Of a stretch of DNA of 64,000 nucleotides, positions 59,428 through 64,000 are shown in pieces. The stretch lies in assembly GCA_039621445.1 (NCBI GenBank), contig CP154954.1:11071229-11135228 (forward strand), written 5' to 3'. Both the position numbers and the translations under genes were made by a program. This stretch comes from Euglena gracilis (lineage: Eukaryota). Numbering within the stretch: position 1 is the stretch's first letter; every line of letters begins with the position of its first letter. The notes below the pieces were generated by a model. It saw nothing but the letters and a program-made list of their open reading frames with translations. It had not been told where the DNA came from and did no database searches.

Positions 59428-61094
59428 TGTGGGCGGCGCCAGGTTTAAAATTTAAAAACCCAAAATTGAATTAGGAGGCGCCTATCCTAATTACAAAATT
59501 TCTGTTTTTGCAGCTGCAACTGTCCTGAACTCTTTGACTCAAGGAAGGCCTGAGCGCCAGATGAAGATTTCAAGTCTTGGTTTGTGCCATGCTGAAGGAA
59601 AGTGAGTGCTGGAAAGGAAAAGTTTTCAAGTTTGACCACCAGTGGGTACAAGGAGACACTCAGAAAACACAAAGAGTTCAATTGTTGCTCAAGGCCTGGA
59701 GGCCAAAAGTCAGCCAGTTTGGCCAGAAGAAATGGACATTTCAGAAAGTGTCAAGTCAGTGATTGTCAATGATGAAAAAATCTGGGAAGATCAATGCTGC
59801 AGAAAACTGGGCTGGAAATCTGAGCTGTATGCAGTAAAATTTCAGTATGTTGTTGAAATCATTGACAGATTGGGATTGAAGACCCCCAACATTGATGCAT
59901 TCAGTTTGGAAGAAAGCAAGAGATTCAAATGCTGGTGGGGACCTGGGTCACAATTTGTGGAAGATTCCTTCACAGTGAAGTGGACACATTCCATTGTTGG
60001 ATTGTTGTGGGCAAATCCCCCCTTCAGCCTCATTGCAAATGTCATCCGCAAGCTGAAGAAGGATCATGGTCATGCGGTGTTGGTTGTCCCAAAGTGGGTT
60101 ACTGCCCCCTGGTGGGAAGATCTTCAAGACATTGTTGTCAGAATGCTGGAGTATCCTTGTGCCACGCCGTTGTTTGAGTTGGTTGGGGCAGGGTTCACAG
60201 TCCCCCCCACAAAATGGCCAGTACAAGTGGCATTTGTCTGTGGAACGATAAGTCAATGTTTCAAATTGGCAAAAGTTCCCAATTCAATTTCAAGTTCAGC
60301 AAAAAGGAGAGTGAGGAGGCAAAAGATGAAAGGAGGGTCCTCCCCACAAGTGCCCCTTAGGCTCCAGGTCGGCACAGGGGACAGCCCAAATTTCAGTGAT
60401 TCAAGTGGTGAAGTCTCTTTGCAATGATTGTGTGTTCAATCTGAGCCCCCTCCTTGCAAAGTGGGCTTTGAGTTTGTGCTGGCCAGTGGCCCAGGCCCAG
60501 GGCCCAGGTCGGAGAACCGCTACAAGGGGGCCTACCCACAGGCCCTGGGACTCCCCCTGGCAGCCCCCCACTGGCCCCCTCATCCCAGGAGTGCCCTGGG
60601 GAAGGTTGGGAGGGGGACCAACCTTTCCCAGGGTGCCCCAAGGGCTCTGGGGTGGGCTGGTGGCCCTGTGGCCCCCCTACTTGTGCTGGACATTTTTGGA
60701 CTAAATCCCTGTCAGCTGTATTATATCCCTGACTCAGCGTTCAAAAATTTAAAAAAAACAAATTTCAGCCGCCCCCCCCAAAAAAGGCCAATTTTGGCGC
60801 CGCAAAAAATTGCCGAAGGCAGTGGGCACGAAGTGTCCAGAGAGGGGTGTGTGGGCGGCGCCAGGTTTAAAATTTAAAAACCCAAAATTGAATTGGGAGG
60901 CGCCTATCCTAATTACAAAATTTCTGTTTTTGCAGCTGAAACTGTCCTGAACTCTTTGACTCAAGGAAGGCCTGAGCGCCAGATGAAGATTTCAAGTCTT
61001 GGATTGTGCTATGCTGAAGGAAAGTGGGTGCTGCTGGAAAGGAAAAGTTTTCAAGTTTGACCCCCAGTGGGTACAAGGAGACACTCAGAAAACA
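59428..61094 (+). mobile_element. TRIM-like mini LTR element (1667 bp), TSD ATAC
   Basis: Direct repeats 59428-59669 and 60850-61094 (TGT...ACA); ATAC at 59424-59427 and 61095-61098; PPT AGAGAGGGG at 60839-60847. The empty site is visible in the paralogue near 680-700. Confidence 0.9.
59732..60427 (+). CDS. Stand-alone Dam-like N6-adenine DNA methyltransferase (231 aa from the first ATG; frame open from 59642)
   Basis: IDAFS...DSFTVKW...LWANPPFSLI..VIRKL...AVLVVPKW..APWW, followed by a basic NLS-like KRRVRRQKMK. Confidence 0.85.
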   Translation: MDISESVKSVIVNDEKIWEDQCCRKLGWKSELYAVKFQYVVEIIDRLGLKTPNIDAFSLEESKRFKCWWGPGSQFVEDSFTVKWTHSIVGLLWANPPFSLIANVIRKLKKDHGHAVLVVPKWVTAPWWEDLQDIVVRMLEYPCATPLFELVGAGFTVPPTKWPVQVAFVCGTISQCFKLAKVPNSISSSAKRRVRRQKMKGGSSPQVPLRLQVGTGDSPNFSDSSGEVSLQ

Positions 61095-64000
61095 ATACAC
61101 CCGGAAACTCTCCCATTGTCCGTGGGACGGCAGGGATCCTGCGGGGTGTCGGTGGTCGTGGGGGTATTTCTTCCACTTCCATTTTGACATCCGGTCGAGG
61201 AGGTTGATCCTCCACAACCGCTGGCGCAGGTGCTACGGCAGGTTGATCCTCCGTTGTAGCCGTTGCGACAGATGTCTCTGTCGGTTGGGGTTCATCCCCT
61301 GAAGATGGTTGCGCTGCTGCCGGAGGTGGGGTGCCGGGACACCGATATCCGGCGTCTCCACAACCTCAGTGGCAGAGCTTGATACTACGCCTCCACCTCG
61401 TGGCGTCAGTGCAGAAGCCACGGCAGTAATGCCAGTGACGACGGCGCCGAGCACACGGCCTCCTAATGAGGTGCGTGCTGTGGGGCTGGCAGGTTCTTCG
61501 AGGGTATCCTCGATGACCATACCAGTCACCTCAGCTTCAGGCTCAGCCTCCGGGAGAGGCGTTGCAGCCACAGGTATATCCCCTGTGGGTGCTTCGTCTG
61601 GCCGAGGCTGTGCCGGGGCAGGCAGAGAAGCGTAGAGGATAGCCTCCACGTTCTCGCCTTCCTCCTGAGGGAGTTCCTCGTCTCCACCTGCCGGTGGACA
61701 GACGGGAGCCGCCGCCGCGGGGGCCGGGGAGACTGATCGTTCCCCTGCCGCCCGTGGGACAGAGACGAAGGATACAGCCGTCCCTGTCGGAGACAGCGGC
61801 GCTGCCTCCAGGATAGTGACGGAGGTGCTGCGGTCGCGATCCTCTCGCCGCGTAATCGCGGTGGTGGAAGCGACTGAAGCCTCACGTCTCCTTCGCGCCA
61901 GAGGTTCATCCTCCGGGGCGATGAAGGCGCGCAGATCCTCGGGCGAACGCGGATCGTCGGGGTGCCATCGGCATCCCTGAGCATCCGCCAGCCTGTAAAA
62001 GGCCAGCGTACTGCTGCGGGGCTGTTGGGCCAGGGTGGCGGCCATGATGGCTGCACCCAGGCGTTGGCAGGCCTTTTTGGGCCCAGAACACCGCGGTAAC
62101 GCGTGTTTTCCCAGACGTTGAAAACGCCCTCCTCGAACTCCTGAACGCATGCCAGAATCGGCATACGCTGTTCGAGGATGGCCTCCGGGTGACACATCAG
62201 CGGGAGGAATACCTCCCGGTCGAGGGTACCGCCAAACTGTCGCCGCAAATGTTCCTCCATGCTGATATCAGCCAGGTGCCAGTTGGGGCGCAGGTGGCCG
62301 AGAATCCGACGACGAGGACCCTCGATGGCGTCACCGTAATTCGGTGGCAGGCTTTCCATACCAGGCCTATCGTCCTGGGGGTCACGGAGATGTATATACA
62401 CCTCCATGACATGGGTGGTCCAGGCTCGCCACCAGAACTGCTGCAGCATAAAAATACGCTGCTTTTGGACGCGGCGACTTTTGCCCTGGACATCCGGGGC
62501 GTCGCGGCACACATGCATATAAGCATGCGGCGTCCCATCTGCAGGCCCGGGTTTTCCCGAGGCGGTGGAGGACTTCCGCGCACGCCTAATCCCCAGAAGT
62601 CGACAGGAAATTACTGCCGGCAGTACTTACAGCAGAGGTCTTACCTCTGCGGGTAAGCCAGGGAAACGCGCTTAACGCGGAAGGTGGAGTCGTAATGGCT
62701 CACCAGCCACACCTGGAGGTTGTTGCACCACAACACCTCGATCAGGCGTTCGATGTCGGGGTGTAGTGGGTAGAATTCCTACTGCACGCCGAGGGGTCCG
62801 ACTGTATGAATACAGTCGTAGATTGCCTTCAGCCTTCGGGCCAACACACGCTGGTCCCGAAATCTCAACTGGTGCAGGTAACTGCGACCAGTGGAGTCGC
62901 TGAAGAGACCCCAGTTCTGGCAGGGGTATCCCAGCCAAAACCAGAGCTCCCAGAAACCTGGCTGGGTTTCCAGCAAGGGTCTGCGACCTTCACCTTCGAA
63001 GGCGTACAGATCTATCCCGTAATGGAATAGTCTGACTCGGTTCTCGCTGTGGCGTAATACCACATCGATGACTGCTTGTGGAGGGGTGACGGGGCGGTTT
63101 CCTGCAATATGGTAACCATGCTGCATTCGCCAGCCTTCGTCCTCCAGCTCCTCCTTGAACCTGAGCATATGCTCAAAGTCCGAGAGGACTTCTGCTGGTT
63201 CCTCTTCCTCCTCACGTGCTGTTCCCTTACCTTTACCCTCACCCTTCCCTTTGCCGGCCACGTCTTTGCCTTCTCCCTTGCCTTTGCCCTCAGCCCTGCC
63301 TGTGTCCTTTCCCGTCTGGGGAATACCAGAGGGTCGGGCGCTCGGTGCCGCCGGAGTCGGTTCGGTTCCTTCCCATTCCATCTCTGGGGAGGGACCTGGC
63401 CGACCCGCTGCACGTCGCGGTGACGGCGTGGCTGGGGGTTGGCTAGGAGTCTGGCGTGGGCTTGGCTTCGGCGCAGGTGGTCGCGGCTCCTTCCATACCG
63501 GAGGGAGCGGCGGTGGTGGTATTGCGGCAACAGGACGGCTCATCGCCACCTGTGCCTCTGCCGGTGGTTTTCCAGCCGGGGTATCCTGGCTGGCTTCCAC
63601 CTGCATCGCCACACCGCCTTCCGCGTCCCGTGGGCTGGGTCGCCTGGGCTGTGGGGTAAGGTTCTCCGTAGTCCTGTCGCGCTGCAGGGTGGCAGGTAAT
63701 ACTGCCACACCTGCCGGGGGCTAGCCGGGTAATACCGGGGTTGCCACCCGCAGCTGCGGCTGGTACGGATGGCATGGGGTGTATCCACGGCCTGAAGGGC
63801 AGCCAGAGAGGAGTAATACCTCGACCGGTGCTCTTCAGACACGAATACTGGCTCCTGCAGGAAGTGCCGAGCAAGCTCATCCTGCTCGGTTTCCGGAGGT
63901 GCCATGTGATAGTAGGGAGTCTCCTGCCGACGGATGATATCCGCAGTCTGGACAGGAGCTGCACTGGGCGGTCGGGCTGCCACACGGTGGGGAGGTTCAT

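Larger units (their letters stand above)
57670..64000 (-). pseudogene. Family B ORF3 copy 3, including its C-terminus; interrupted by the mini-element
   Basis: ORFs 62779-63708, 61526-62518, 61233-62195, 58195-59415 and the in-frame 57670-58128, upstream of the PPT and 3' LTR. Confidence 0.78.

Noticed and set aside
59428-61094. DIRS element (suggested by the Dam-like domain)
   Set aside because: It has direct TG...CA LTRs, a TSD and a PPT, and no tyrosine recombinase was seen anywhere in the window.

Overview
Eukaryotic, probably protist, repeat-dense DNA. The host cannot be identified from this window and no host gene is recognisable. It is almost entirely a nest of Ty3/Gypsy (chromovirus-like) LTR retrotransposons, many carrying DNA methyltransferases. 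Family A has a truncated copy at 11318-17926 and a near-complete copy at 27467-39300. It encodes Gag, an in-frame UAG, then C5-cytosine MTase + Dam-like N6-adenine MTase + protease + RT + RNase H + integrase + chromodomain. Family C (4655-11081, minus strand, TSD ACGG, tRNA-Gln PBS) is a recently inserted non-autonomous relative with eroded C5/Dam/protease remnants. Family B (several fragments, iMet-type PBS) has a Dam-like domain between protease and RT and a very large uncharacterised sense ORF after the chromodomain. A 1.67-kb TRIM-like mini-element (59428-61094, TSD ATAC) has a Tf1-like self-priming PBS and carries only an intact NPPF-type adenine MTase. Domain calls rest on motifs read by eye; no database searches were run.
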